Shown: piece by piece, positions 37,485 through 46,944 of the stretch | Layout: every line of letters begins with the position of its first letter | How positions within the stretch are numbered: position 1 is the first letter of the stretch | Source of the DNA: Alphaproteobacteria bacterium | GTDB taxonomy: Bacteria > Pseudomonadota > Alphaproteobacteria > UBA11222 | Length of the DNA: 64,000 nucleotides | Assembly: GCA_038318895.1 (NCBI GenBank) | Contig: JBBQCS010000004.1 | Location: 8,728 to 72,727, forward strand | Direction: 5' to 3' | Position numbers and translations under genes: made by a program | Notes under the pieces: generated by a model | What the model was told of the DNA's origin: nothing | What the model saw: the letters and a program-made list of their open reading frames with translations, nothing else | Database searches by the model: none

Positions 37485-38129
37485 ATGTTTATGCGTTTAA
37501 ATTTCACCCGGTTGTTCGCGGCTACACTGCTTACCGCGGCGGTCCTCTGTCATACCATCGCGATAGCCGCAACCAATCCCCCCGCGTTTATCGAAAAACT
37601 GACCTATAGCGCCTTGGAGACATTGGGCGACCAAGCCATTGGTGAAAAAGAGCGCTACTCGAAATTTCACGCTCTTCTGAGCGATAATGTTGATATGCCG
37701 CGCGTTGGACGCTTTGTTCTGGGCGCCAATTGGCGCAAAGCGGATACGGCCCAGCAAGCCGAATTTCAAAAGCTGTACAAAGATTACCTCATCTCTGCCT
37801 ATGCCGGACGCCTGAAAGATTATACCAGGGCCAAAATCAGGATCAAAAACACCACGGGCGTTGGCAAGAACGAATATTTGGTCTCCAGCCAGGTCACAAA
37901 TCCGAATAATCCCGAACCAGTGAGCGTCGACTGGCGGTTGCGGGAATCAGAGGACAAGTTACTTGTTCTCGACATGACGATTGAAGGGATAAGCATGGCG
38001 CTGACCCAACGGTCGGAATTCGCCTCTATCATTCAAAAAAATGGCGGTGATATTAATGCGTTACTGGCACGCATGCGCAGCTCTGCCGGGGCCGTCAGTG
38101 ACGGCGAACAGGTGTCTATCGCCAATTAG
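37485..38129 (+). CDS. mlaC: Periplasmic phospholipid-binding protein MlaC/Ttg2D
   Basis: Signal peptide, RFVLGANW, DMTIEGISM...QRSEF; follows mlaA. Confidence 0.88.
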   Translation: MFMRLNFTRLFAATLLTAAVLCHTIAIAATNPPAFIEKLTYSALETLGDQAIGEKERYSKFHALLSDNVDMPRVGRFVLGANWRKADTAQQAEFQKLYKDYLISAYAGRLKDYTRAKIRIKNTTGVGKNEYLVSSQVTNPNNPEPVSVDWRLRESEDKLLVLDMTIEGISMALTQRSEFASIIQKNGGDINALLARMRSSAGAVSDGEQVSIAN

Positions 38130-38148
38130 GTAATAACCGCAAACCAGC

Positions 38149-39837
38149 TCACGCGCGCCCGAGCTTTTTGAATTTCACCCGGTGCGGCTGGGCAGCTTCG
38201 GCGCCCAGGCGACGCTTCTTGTCCGCCTCATATTCTTCATAGTTGCCTTCAAACCATTCCACATGGCTGTCGCCTTCAAACGACAGCATATGGGTGGCGA
38301 TCCGGTCAAGAAACCAGCGGTCATGGCTGATGATCATCGCGCACCCGGCGAAATCGACCAGCGCGTCTTCCAGTGCGCGCAACGTATCCACATCCAGATC
38401 GTTCGTCGGCTCATCCAGCAGCAACAGGTTTGCCCCGGACTTCAATATTTTCGCCAAATGCACACGGTTACGTTCGCCACCCGAGAGCACGCCGACCTTC
38501 TTTTGCTGATCCGTGCCTTTGAAGTTGAACGCGCCGACATAGGCGCGGCTGTTCATTTCCATCTTCCCCAGCGCAATAACATCGGTACCGCCAGAAATTT
38601 CTTCCCACACATTCTTGTCCGGATCCAATGTATCACGGCTCTGGTCCACATAGCCAAGCTGCACAGTTGTTCCAAACTTCAGGCTGCCTTTATCTGGCTG
38701 TTCCAGCCCCGTCAGCATCCGGAACAATGTGGTTTTACCAACACCATTAGGCCCTATAATGCCGACAATACCACCGGGCGGCAGCCGGAACGACAGATCA
38801 TCAATCAGCAGCCGCTCACCAAAAGCCTTACAGAGATGTTCCGCCTCAATCACCACATCGCCGAGCCGCGGCCCTGCGGGAATTACGATCTGCGCCTTGC
38901 CCGTTGTACGCTCGCGTGCCTCGGATCGCGCCAGTAAGTCACCATAGGCGGAAACGCGGGCCTTGTTCTTGGCCTGGCGCGCCTTGGGCGACTGGCGTAT
39001 CCATTCCAGTTCGCGATCCAGCGTGTCCTGAACGCCGGAGGCCTCGCGATCTTCCTGCTGCATGCGTTTGCGTTTTTGCACCAGCCATGAGGAATAATTT
39101 CCCTCATATGGAATGCCGCGGCCGCGATCCAGTTCCAGTATCCAGCCAGTCACGTTGTCGAGAAAATACCGGTCATGGGTAATCAGACACACCGTACCCT
39201 TATATTCCTTCAGGAAGTTTTCCAGCCATCCAACGGTTTCCGCATCGAGATGGTTGGTCGGTTCGTCCAGCAGCAGCATATCGGGTTGCGACAGCAGCAA
39301 TTTGCACAGGGCGACGCGGCGTTTTTCGCCACCAGAGAGCGTGTCGATCTTCGCATCTCCGGGGGGGCACCGCAGTACATCCATCGCCAGTTCAACGCGG
39401 GAATCCAGATCCCAGGCATTGAGCGCCTCAATACGTTCCTGCAGCGTCGATTGCCGCTCGATCAAGGCGTTCATCGCGTCATCATCCATCGGTTCGGCAA
39501 ACGCCGCGGCCACGGTTTCAAATTCGTCCAACAGCGCCTTGGTTTCAGCAACCCCCTCCAGCACATTGCCCCAGACGTCTTTGTCCGGATTTAGCTCCGG
39601 CTCTTGCGCCAGATAGCCAACCTTGATGCCTTCAGCAGCCCAGGCCTCGCCCTGAAACTCCTTATCAACCCCCGCCATGATGCGCAGCAACGTCGACTTA
39701 CCCGACCCGTTAACGCCCAGAACGCCAATTTTGGCGCCGGGCAAAAACGACAGACGAATGTCATTCAGCACCTGCCGGCCCCCCGGATAGGCCTTGCTCA
39801 GACCCTGCATCACGTAAGCATATTGATAGGCCGCCAT
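38149..39837 (-). CDS. ettA: Energy-dependent translational throttle ABC-F protein
   Basis: Two ABC domains, [25 protein letters not shown] linker. Confidence 0.96.
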   Translation of the reverse strand: MAAYQYAYVMQGLSKAYPGGRQVLNDIRLSFLPGAKIGVLGVNGSGKSTLLRIMAGVDKEFQGEAWAAEGIKVGYLAQEPELNPDKDVWGNVLEGVAETKALLDEFETVAAAFAEPMDDDAMNALIERQSTLQERIEALNAWDLDSRVELAMDVLRCPPGDAKIDTLSGGEKRRVALCKLLLSQPDMLLLDEPTNHLDAETVGWLENFLKEYKGTVCLITHDRYFLDNVTGWILELDRGRGIPYEGNYSSWLVQKRKRMQQEDREASGVQDTLDRELEWIRQSPKARQAKNKARVSAYGDLLARSEARERTTGKAQIVIPAGPRLGDVVIEAEHLCKAFGERLLIDDLSFRLPPGGIVGIIGPNGVGKTTLFRMLTGLEQPDKGSLKFGTTVQLGYVDQSRDTLDPDKNVWEEISGGTDVIALGKMEMNSRAYVGAFNFKGTDQQKKVGVLSGGERNRVHLAKILKSGANLLLLDEPTNDLDVDTLRALEDALVDFAGCAMIISHDRWFLDRIATHMLSFEGDSHVEWFEGNYEEYEADKKRRLGAEAAQPHRVKFKKLGRA

Positions 39838-39996
39838 AAAACGCTCCAAAAATTGCGGGAATTTCATATGCCAGCCTTAGCCATTCCGGCTGCCGGCTGG
39901 TCAGTTGAACAGGTTTTTTACGCTATCGCGTGCGCTCGTGCAACGCATCTGCTGCAACATCTTTAGTTGCGGCAAAAATCCTGCTATAGCCAGTCT

Positions 39997-40072
39997 GGGC
40001 CTGTAGTTCAGTGGTTAGAACCCACCGCTCATAACGGTGTTGTCGCAGGTTCGAATCCTGCCAGGCCCACCA
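39997..40072 (+). tRNA. tRNA-Ile2 (CAT anticodon, lysidine type); Met(CAT) less likely
   Basis: 76-nt cloverleaf GGGCCTG...CTCATAA...GTTCGAATC...CAGGCCCACCA with encoded CCA; TTGCGG/TATAGC promoter-like pair upstream. Confidence 0.93.
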
Positions 40073-40080
40073 TTATTTGT

Positions 40081-40277
40081 CTCGCGGCGCGAAGCGCCTC
40101 CGGCGGGGCGGCCGCCCGAAGTACGGTCGCACTTTTGCTGTGCCGCGTTCGACCCCCCCAGATCCGCCAGTAGCCCCGCGGCATGAAGCTTGCCGCCGGG
40201 CTATCCTCTTGCCGGGAAGAGCCCTTCCGGGGAAGGCGTGCCAGCGCCGCCTCGAATAATCCTCGGCACACAAACAG
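40081..40277 (+). ncRNA. Unassigned highly structured non-coding element
   Basis: Five local hairpins plus long-range tgtgccg/cggcaca and ttcga/tcgaa pairings. Confidence 0.45.
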
Positions 40278-40367
40278 CCATCCCTTCCCACTGTCAGGTA
40301 AGCGATAGAGGATGCCAAAACAGATCGCCAGAGTGAGGGGTCTTCAACAGCGTGCTGAAATATTCCA

Positions 40368-41093
40368 TTAATCTCCCAATCTCGGAAAAAACGCCGCGCG
40401 TAGCCAGCCTCGCCAGCTATTGTCCTGCGTGAACTGCTTGTCCATGGACGATTCCCAGCGGGTAAAATCCTCCGGGGACAGATGAAATAGGCTGGCGCGC
40501 ACTTTTATCTCGCGGCCGGGGTCAAGCTGCTTTACCACCTTGGCCGGATTACCCGCCACGATACAATTGGCCGGCACATCATCCACTACCACTGCACGCG
40601 CGCCAATAATGGCATTATTGCCAATGGTAACGCCTTTGGCGACAAATGCGCTGTCGCCAAACCAGACATTGTCACCCACCGTGATCGGGGCGCTGGCGCC
40701 AATGGAACGGGTGCGGTCATAGATGTCGTGCCAGTCAGCGTCTGTAAGATAAACCCCGTAAGCAAACATACAGTTATCGCCAATGGTGATGCTGCTGGCC
40801 GAGGACAGACGCACCCCCGGGCAAATCAGGCAATGATCACCGATACGGATTTCACCACTACTGTTTTCGCCAGGCCATACGCAAAGCTGAACCGGCGCAA
40901 ACCGTGCCGACAGCAGATGCAAATTTCGGCCGGCGGAAATGTGTTCCCCAAAAATACTGACGCTCCAGGGACTGAGTATCTTGTGACCGGGCCCAATAGT
41001 ATCAAATGAGGGGATAAGAAAATGCCGCGCCCAGGCATCTGTGAAATACGCAACCATACGCTTTAGTAAAAATGGCCGATGTTCTTTTCGCAT
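40368..41093 (-). CDS. Hexapeptide-repeat (LbH) acyltransferase
   Basis: IGDHC/IGDNC/VGDNVW/IGNNAIIGA repeats, VAGNPAKVV. Confidence 0.9.
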   Translation of the reverse strand: MRKEHRPFLLKRMVAYFTDAWARHFLIPSFDTIGPGHKILSPWSVSIFGEHISAGRNLHLLSARFAPVQLCVWPGENSSGEIRIGDHCLICPGVRLSSASSITIGDNCMFAYGVYLTDADWHDIYDRTRSIGASAPITVGDNVWFGDSAFVAKGVTIGNNAIIGARAVVVDDVPANCIVAGNPAKVVKQLDPGREIKVRASLFHLSPEDFTRWESSMDKQFTQDNSWRGWLRAAFFPRLGD

Positions 41094-41195
41094 CTTTTTT
41101 GCCGCAATCAGTAAATACAATCCATATCACATTACACTAAGACAGCATCCGTCAGAAAGAAAGCGCATGCTGGAAGCCGGCAGACTGGAGCACTA

Positions 41196-41732
41196 TCAGG
41201 CGTCCACAAAACTTTCAGAAACCCGCCTTTCACGGCCGGTATAGTCTTTGCTGATATGGCGCCTGCGGCACGGGCCAAAATAATTTCTGGAACTGACAAA
41301 AGCGCGTGGTTTATTGATGATTGACATAAAACGCAGATAGACCGCGTTGGCCGAAACCGGCTTGGCCAGAAACTCCGTAACCCCGGCGTCACGCGCCCTG
41401 CACACATGCTTGCGGTCGGAGTAGCTGGTCAGAAATATTATCGGCACATAGGGGTTGGGGCTGTCGGATGCCTTGCGAACAAGTTCGGTAAATTCGATGC
41501 CGTCAATGCCCGGCATTTCCCAGTCCACGATCATTATATCCGGATTATAGGCGCGCATCGCCTCGAATCCGTCCGCGCCGTCATTTGCCTCATACACAAA
41601 CTGGATACCCAGCGCATGCAGGATCGTATTCACGATCTTGCGCATGTTCGCATGATCATCAACGATGAGAACGACAAGGTTTTTAAGCCCGTTATCTACC
41701 ACGCGAAATACCGCCGCCTCAGCGGCGCCCAT
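41196..41732 (-). CDS. CheY-like response regulator with Arg-rich C-terminal extension (Cle-like)
   Basis: LIVDD, VDWEMP, FLTS, LAKP receiver motifs; tail YFGPCRRR...YTGRERR. Confidence 0.85.
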   Translation of the reverse strand: MGAAEAAVFRVVDNGLKNLVVLIVDDHANMRKIVNTILHALGIQFVYEANDGADGFEAMRAYNPDIMIVDWEMPGIDGIEFTELVRKASDSPNPYVPIIFLTSYSDRKHVCRARDAGVTEFLAKPVSANAVYLRFMSIINKPRAFVSSRNYFGPCRRRHISKDYTGRERRVSESFVDA

Positions 41733-41799
41733 CGCCCTTGCATCCCCATGCTTGGTTGTATTTGCGGGACAATAAAACCATAGCGCGCATAAGAAAGGG

Positions 41800-42417
41800 T
41801 TAACGGCGCGCGGAACCCCAGTAATTATAGCCCATGATGCGCGGCGTTGACGGCAGATACATGCTCTGAAGGTCGCTGATCTTGAACCCTGCCCCCTCGA
41901 TAAGCGCCGGAATCGCCCGGTTGATATTGCATCCTCCACCGATAGGTTTCCAGATCGGATTGATCCGGTTCTGCCATTTAGCGACTGCGGCGTCCGGAGC
42001 AATGCCATGTTCGCAAAATAGCAGTTGCCCGTCAGGCCGCAACACCCGAAGCATGCCCTGCAGCGCCTTTAGCGTGTCCGGGATGGTGCACAGGGTGAAC
42101 GTCGTCACCACCGTATCGACACTTTGATCCTCAAGCGGGATGGCCTCACCCGGCAGATCGATGAACTCCACCTTGAACGCCACGTCGCTGACGCGATCCG
42201 CCGCCAATGCGCGCATCTCCGCCGACGGCTCCAGCGCATACAGCATTTCGATATTAGCCGCATCATAATGCGGAAGATTGTGCCCCGCACCCACACCGAT
42301 TTCCAGCACACGTCCGCGCGCCAGCGGCACCACCTTGGCGCGCTGCCGGGTGATGGGTTTTGCTCCGCAGGCGGCGTTGATCAGTTTAGGTAAAAGGTAC
42401 TTTTCATACAGCCCCAT
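41800..42417 (-). CDS. Class I SAM-dependent methyltransferase
   Basis: VLEIGVGAG, TLCTIPD, LRPDG, EHG, GGCNINR. Confidence 0.9.
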   Translation of the reverse strand: MGLYEKYLLPKLINAACGAKPITRQRAKVVPLARGRVLEIGVGAGHNLPHYDAANIEMLYALEPSAEMRALAADRVSDVAFKVEFIDLPGEAIPLEDQSVDTVVTTFTLCTIPDTLKALQGMLRVLRPDGQLLFCEHGIAPDAAVAKWQNRINPIWKPIGGGCNINRAIPALIEGAGFKISDLQSMYLPSTPRIMGYNYWGSARR

Positions 42418-42458
42418 ACAATATTTTCCCTTTTTAGGCGGCCAAATAGCCGCCCTGC

Positions 42459-43214
42459 TTATTGTGTTGTCCAACCACCATCAATCACCAGTTCCGCACC
42501 TGTCACGAACGAGGCTTCGTCCGAGCACAGGAACAAAGAACCGTTCGCAATTTCTTCGGGTTTTCCCAACCGGCCAATTGGCGTTTTACCCGTCAGGTCA
42601 TCCAGAAATTCCTGCGGCATGGACTTCGCGAGCGGCGTGGCAATAATGCCGGGATGCACCGAGTTGATACGAATGCCCTGGGTCGCATATTCCAGCGCCG
42701 CCGCCTTCGACATCAGCCGCACTGCACCTTTAGAGGCATGGTAGGACAGCATGCCCGGGCTGCCAATAATTCCGTAGACAGAAGAAATATTGACAATTGC
42801 GCCGCCGCCCGCTTTCAGTATTTCAGGGATTGCGGTTTTCATGCCATACCAGACACCGGTCTGATTGACGGCAATGGTTTTGTCCCAGCTGGCCTGACTT
42901 TCGGTGGTGACGCCGCCCGCCATGCCAATGCCGGCATTATTGACCAGCGTCGTCAGCTTGCCATACAGATTAACGGCTTTCTTGACCGCATCGCCCCAGC
43001 TTGCTTCGCTGGACACATCAAGACTGGTAAAGGCAGCCTGGCCACCGCTATTGGTGACGCCTATACTATCGGCGACATCCCTGCCCATTTTTTCCTGTAT
43101 ATCGCCAATCAGCACTTTTGCACCCTCGGCGGCAAAGACGCGCGCATGCGCCTCGCCAATCCCGCTGGCGCCGCCGCTGATCAGGACCACTTTTCCCTCG
43201 AGTCTTCCGGCCAT
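42459..43214 (-). CDS. SDR family NAD-dependent oxidoreductase (copy 3)
   Basis: SGGASGIG, NNAG, YHASK, IDGG. Confidence 0.95.
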   Translation of the reverse strand: MAGRLEGKVVLISGGASGIGEAHARVFAAEGAKVLIGDIQEKMGRDVADSIGVTNSGGQAAFTSLDVSSEASWGDAVKKAVNLYGKLTTLVNNAGIGMAGGVTTESQASWDKTIAVNQTGVWYGMKTAIPEILKAGGGAIVNISSVYGIIGSPGMLSYHASKGAVRLMSKAAALEYATQGIRINSVHPGIIATPLAKSMPQEFLDDLTGKTPIGRLGKPEEIANGSLFLCSDEASFVTGAELVIDGGWTTQ

Positions 43215-43223
43215 CTTTGCGTC

Positions 43224-44192
43224 CTACCTCTTGAAATAGTTAAGCGGATTGTTGGTGGTGAGCTGCTGGATTTGCTCGTCCACCACACCTGCCTTGCGCA
43301 TCGCTGGCAAAATGTTGCGCGAGATATGGGCAAAGTTCCAGTTGGGCGATCCCTTCTTCATGCCATCCAGAACGCCGGTATCCCGCCCGCGCCAGCAATG
43401 CAGCGCATCATGCGACATCATGATACGGTCAAACCCAACACTCAACAGACCAATCAGTGAAGCCATCCGCATTTTGTCCGAGCATATAGTCTCAATCCCA
43501 AAACGGTCAAAGCCAAGCCAGGCGCCGCGCTGCAGGATCTCGAAATAATAGCGCATGTCGCCGACACCACAGGAGTGGCCGATCATGACCTTGTTGAAAT
43601 CAACCCCTTCTTCTTCAAAAATATCCAGGGTCTCGCTGCCATAGGGTTCTGTCTCGTCATTATGGCACAGGATAGGCACACCGGTTTTTTTGTGCGCGCG
43701 GGCAGCTGCGCGCAAGCATTTCTGCTCGGCCGCGGTTATCCCCTGGCCAGGCGCGGTTATGCCGGGTATGCCACCGGTCGCCACCTTGATGATGCCGGCC
43801 TTGATGCCGGTTTTGCCAATGCCTTCCTGAATCTCATGGGCATAAACCTCTGCAATGCCGTCAATATCCATCAGCCTGAAATGCTGGGGAATACCCAACG
43901 CATCATTATAAAGCCCTGTCGCAACGATGACATTGATACCGGACTTTTCCGATACTTCGGCAGCAAATTCCGGATCACGGCCAAGTTCCATCGGGCACGG
44001 ATCGACGATGCTTCTAACGCCAAGACCTTTGATTTCTTTCATCTTTTCGACCGCGGTAGAAATTTCCTTCTTGCGGTCTACATCGCGTGGATCAAGTTCC
44101 CAACCGGGCCAGCCGACCGAGAGATGTTCGTGGACCAGTGTAAAACCCAAATCCTCTGGTTTGATCGTGCCGGTTGCTGAATTTACGGTCAT
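43224..44192 (-). CDS. Phosphotriesterase-like lactonase (copy 2)
   Basis: HEH, IKVATG (carbamylated Lys position), CHN, GHS, FDRFG, SHD metal ligands. Confidence 0.92.
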   Translation of the reverse strand: MTVNSATGTIKPEDLGFTLVHEHLSVGWPGWELDPRDVDRKKEISTAVEKMKEIKGLGVRSIVDPCPMELGRDPEFAAEVSEKSGINVIVATGLYNDALGIPQHFRLMDIDGIAEVYAHEIQEGIGKTGIKAGIIKVATGGIPGITAPGQGITAAEQKCLRAAARAHKKTGVPILCHNDETEPYGSETLDIFEEEGVDFNKVMIGHSCGVGDMRYYFEILQRGAWLGFDRFGIETICSDKMRMASLIGLLSVGFDRIMMSHDALHCWRGRDTGVLDGMKKGSPNWNFAHISRNILPAMRKAGVVDEQIQQLTTNNPLNYFKR

Positions 44193-44244
44193 GACAGACC
44201 TCCCTGTTGTGCGTGGTTGTTATTATACTCTTTCGAGCCTGCTT

Positions 44245-45003
44245 TTATTGTGCGAGCCACCCGCCATCAATGACCAGTTCCGCACCAGTTACAAATGACG
44301 CATCGTCCGAGCACAAATAGAGTGAGCCATAGGCGATATCCTCGGGCCGTCCCAACCGGCCGATGGGCGTTTTACCGATAATTCCCTCTACGATTTCCGG
44401 CGTCAGCGCGGTTCCAAGAATCGGCGTGTTGATAATACCCGGATGCACGGAATTGATACGGATGCCCTGGGTGGCGTATTCCAGCGCCGCCGCCTTGGAC
44501 ATCAGCCGCACCGCGCCCTTGGACGCGTGATAGGCGAACATGTCCGGGCTGCCAATAATTCCGTACAGAGATGAAATATTGACAATCGCGCCGCCTCCCG
44601 CTTTCAGAATTTCGGGGATCGCCGTCTTCATGCCGTACCAGACGCCGGTTTGGTTGACCGCCATGGTCCTGTCCCAGCTTTCCTGGGTTTCCGTCGTAAC
44701 GCCCCCCATGACACCAATGCCCGCATTGTTGACCAGCGTTGTCAGCTTGCCATACATGCTGACGGCTTTCTTGACCGCGTCGCCCCAGCTTTTTTCGGAT
44801 GTCACGTCAAGATTTGTGTACGCCGCCTGCCCGCCGCTATTGGTGATGCCAATACCTTCAGCCACTTCCTGGCCCATTTTATCCTGAATATCGCCGATCA
44901 GCACTTTGGCGCCCTCAGCGGCGAATATGCGTGCATGGGCGGCGCCAATCCCGCTGGCGCCGCCGGTGATCAACACTACTTTTCCTTCAAGTCTTCCGGT
45001 CAT
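44245..45003 (-). CDS. SDR family NAD-dependent oxidoreductase (copy 2)
   Basis: TGGASGIG, NNAG, YHASK. Confidence 0.95.
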   Translation of the reverse strand: MTGRLEGKVVLITGGASGIGAAHARIFAAEGAKVLIGDIQDKMGQEVAEGIGITNSGGQAAYTNLDVTSEKSWGDAVKKAVSMYGKLTTLVNNAGIGVMGGVTTETQESWDRTMAVNQTGVWYGMKTAIPEILKAGGGAIVNISSLYGIIGSPDMFAYHASKGAVRLMSKAAALEYATQGIRINSVHPGIINTPILGTALTPEIVEGIIGKTPIGRLGRPEDIAYGSLYLCSDDASFVTGAELVIDGGWLAQ

Positions 45004-45076
45004 ATGACTTCCTGTTCTTCTTAGCGCGCAAGGACCGCCGTTCGTTCGCGGCCGGACTTTTTCGTCCGGAAGCGCC

Positions 45077-45853
45077 TTACTGTGTGGTCCAGCCGCCGTC
45101 GATAACCAGTTCCGCGCCGGTCACAAACGAGGCCTCGTCGGAGCACAAAAACAGCGAGCCATAAGCGATTTCCTCCGGCTTGCCGAAACGCGCCATAGGT
45201 GTTCTGGTTTGAATGGTTTTGACGAACGAATCGACTGCAGCGCCACCGCTTGAGAAGGTTTTCGTCAAAATAGGCGTTTCAATAATGCCCGGATGCACGG
45301 AATTGATGCGGATGCCCTGGGTCGCATATTCCAGCGCCGCCGCCTTGGACATCAGCCGCACCGCGCCCTTGGAGGCATGATAGGACAGCATGTCGGGGCT
45401 GCCGATAATTCCGTAGACAGAGGAAATGTTAACGATCGCCCCCCCACCGGCCTTCAGCATTTCCGGGATTGCGGCCTTCATGCCATACCACACCCCCATC
45501 TGATTGACGGCGATGGTTTTGTCCCAGCTGGCCTGGGTTTCCGTGGTGACGCCACCAAGGATGGCAAGCCCCGCATTGTTGATCAGCGTGGTCAGCTTGC
45601 CATACAGGTTGACGGCCTTCTTGACCGCGTCGTCCCAGCTTTTTTCGCTGGTCACGTCCAGGTTTGTAAACGCCGCCTGTCCGCCGCTATTGGTGATGCC
45701 AATACCTTCAGCCACTTCCTGGCCCATTTCATCCTGAATATCACCGATCAGCACTTTGGCGCCCTCGGCCGCGAATGTGCGCGCATGCGCGGCGCCAATA
45801 CCGCTGGCGCCGCCTGTTATCAGGACTACTTTTCCTTCGAGTCTTCCGGCCAT
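45077..45853 (-). CDS. SDR family NAD-dependent oxidoreductase (copy 1)
   Basis: TGGASGIG, NNAG, YHASK. Confidence 0.95.
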   Translation of the reverse strand: MAGRLEGKVVLITGGASGIGAAHARTFAAEGAKVLIGDIQDEMGQEVAEGIGITNSGGQAAFTNLDVTSEKSWDDAVKKAVNLYGKLTTLINNAGLAILGGVTTETQASWDKTIAVNQMGVWYGMKAAIPEMLKAGGGAIVNISSVYGIIGSPDMLSYHASKGAVRLMSKAAALEYATQGIRINSVHPGIIETPILTKTFSSGGAAVDSFVKTIQTRTPMARFGKPEEIAYGSLFLCSDEASFVTGAELVIDGGWTTQ

Positions 45854-45862
45854 GTCTGGCTC

Positions 45863-46831
45863 CTATTTCTTGAAATAATCGCGGGGATTGTTGGTGGTGA
45901 GGTTGTTGATTTTATCTTCGGGAACCCCGGCCGCGCGCATTTGCGGAAGGATGTTGCGCGAGATATGCGCGTAATTCCACTTCGGATTACCCTCCAGCAT
46001 GGCGCTGAACCCGCCGCCCGCGCGCCCGCGAAGGCAATGCACTGCGTCGTGCGACAGCATGATACGGTCATACCCAACCGCCAGCAGCCCCATCAGACCC
46101 GCAAGGCGAAGTTTGTCGGAAGCAATAGATTCGAGTCCGAAACGGTCAAAGCCCAGCCAGGCGCCGCGATCCAGAATATCGAAATAATAGCGCAGATCAC
46201 CGACGCCGCAGGCATGGCCGATTAGCACCTTGTTGAAATCGACGCCTTCGTCGGCCATGACATCCAGCACCTCGCGGCCATAGGGTTCAACCTCACTATT
46301 GTGGCACAGAATGGGCGCACCGGTGGCCTTTTGCGCCCGTGCGGCGGCGCGCAGCGTCAGCATCTCCGCCTTGCTGATGGCGTTGCTGCTTGCGGTCATG
46401 CCGGGAATGCCGCCGGTCGCCACCTTGATAATGCCCGCCTTGATGCCGGTTTTGCCGATGCCATCGGTTAATTCGCGGGTATAGATTTCTGCAATGGCGT
46501 CCACATCCATCATGCGGAAATGATGTGGGATGCCCAGCGCTTCATTATACAGCCCGGTGGCGATAATGACCTGCATGCCGCTTCGGGAGGCGCATTCAGC
46601 GGCAAATTCCGGATCGCGGCCCAGTTCCATCGGGCACGGATCGACAAAACTTTTTACACCCAGCTCCTTGATTTCCTTGAGCTTGACCACGGCACCGGCG
46701 ATTTCGTCCTTGCGGTTGAAATCGTCCGGATCAAGTTCCCACCCCGGCATTCCCGCGGACAAATGTTCATGGATAAGGGTAAAGCCTAGATCTTCGGCGT
46801 TTAAAGTGCCTGTGACAGTATTGATCGACAT
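45863..46831 (-). CDS. Phosphotriesterase-like lactonase (copy 1)
   Basis: HEH, IKVATG, CHN, GHA, FDRFG, SHD. Confidence 0.92.
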   Translation of the reverse strand: MSINTVTGTLNAEDLGFTLIHEHLSAGMPGWELDPDDFNRKDEIAGAVVKLKEIKELGVKSFVDPCPMELGRDPEFAAECASRSGMQVIIATGLYNEALGIPHHFRMMDVDAIAEIYTRELTDGIGKTGIKAGIIKVATGGIPGMTASSNAISKAEMLTLRAAARAQKATGAPILCHNSEVEPYGREVLDVMADEGVDFNKVLIGHACGVGDLRYYFDILDRGAWLGFDRFGLESIASDKLRLAGLMGLLAVGYDRIMLSHDAVHCLRGRAGGGFSAMLEGNPKWNYAHISRNILPQMRAAGVPEDKINNLTTNNPRDYFKK

Positions 46832-46944
46832 GATCCATCTCCCTGCTAGACTGTTATTATTATTCCGCTCACTAGCTTGCTGCGGATCGGTTGAATTTGC
46901 AAATGTTTCCGTTATAGCTGTTCAGCACAATATGGAGAGCGCAC

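Noticed and set aside
42462-46225. Long + strand ORFs repeated across the SDR genes
   Set aside because: Antisense ORFs commonly seen opposite SDR genes; they repeat only because the SDRs are paralogs.
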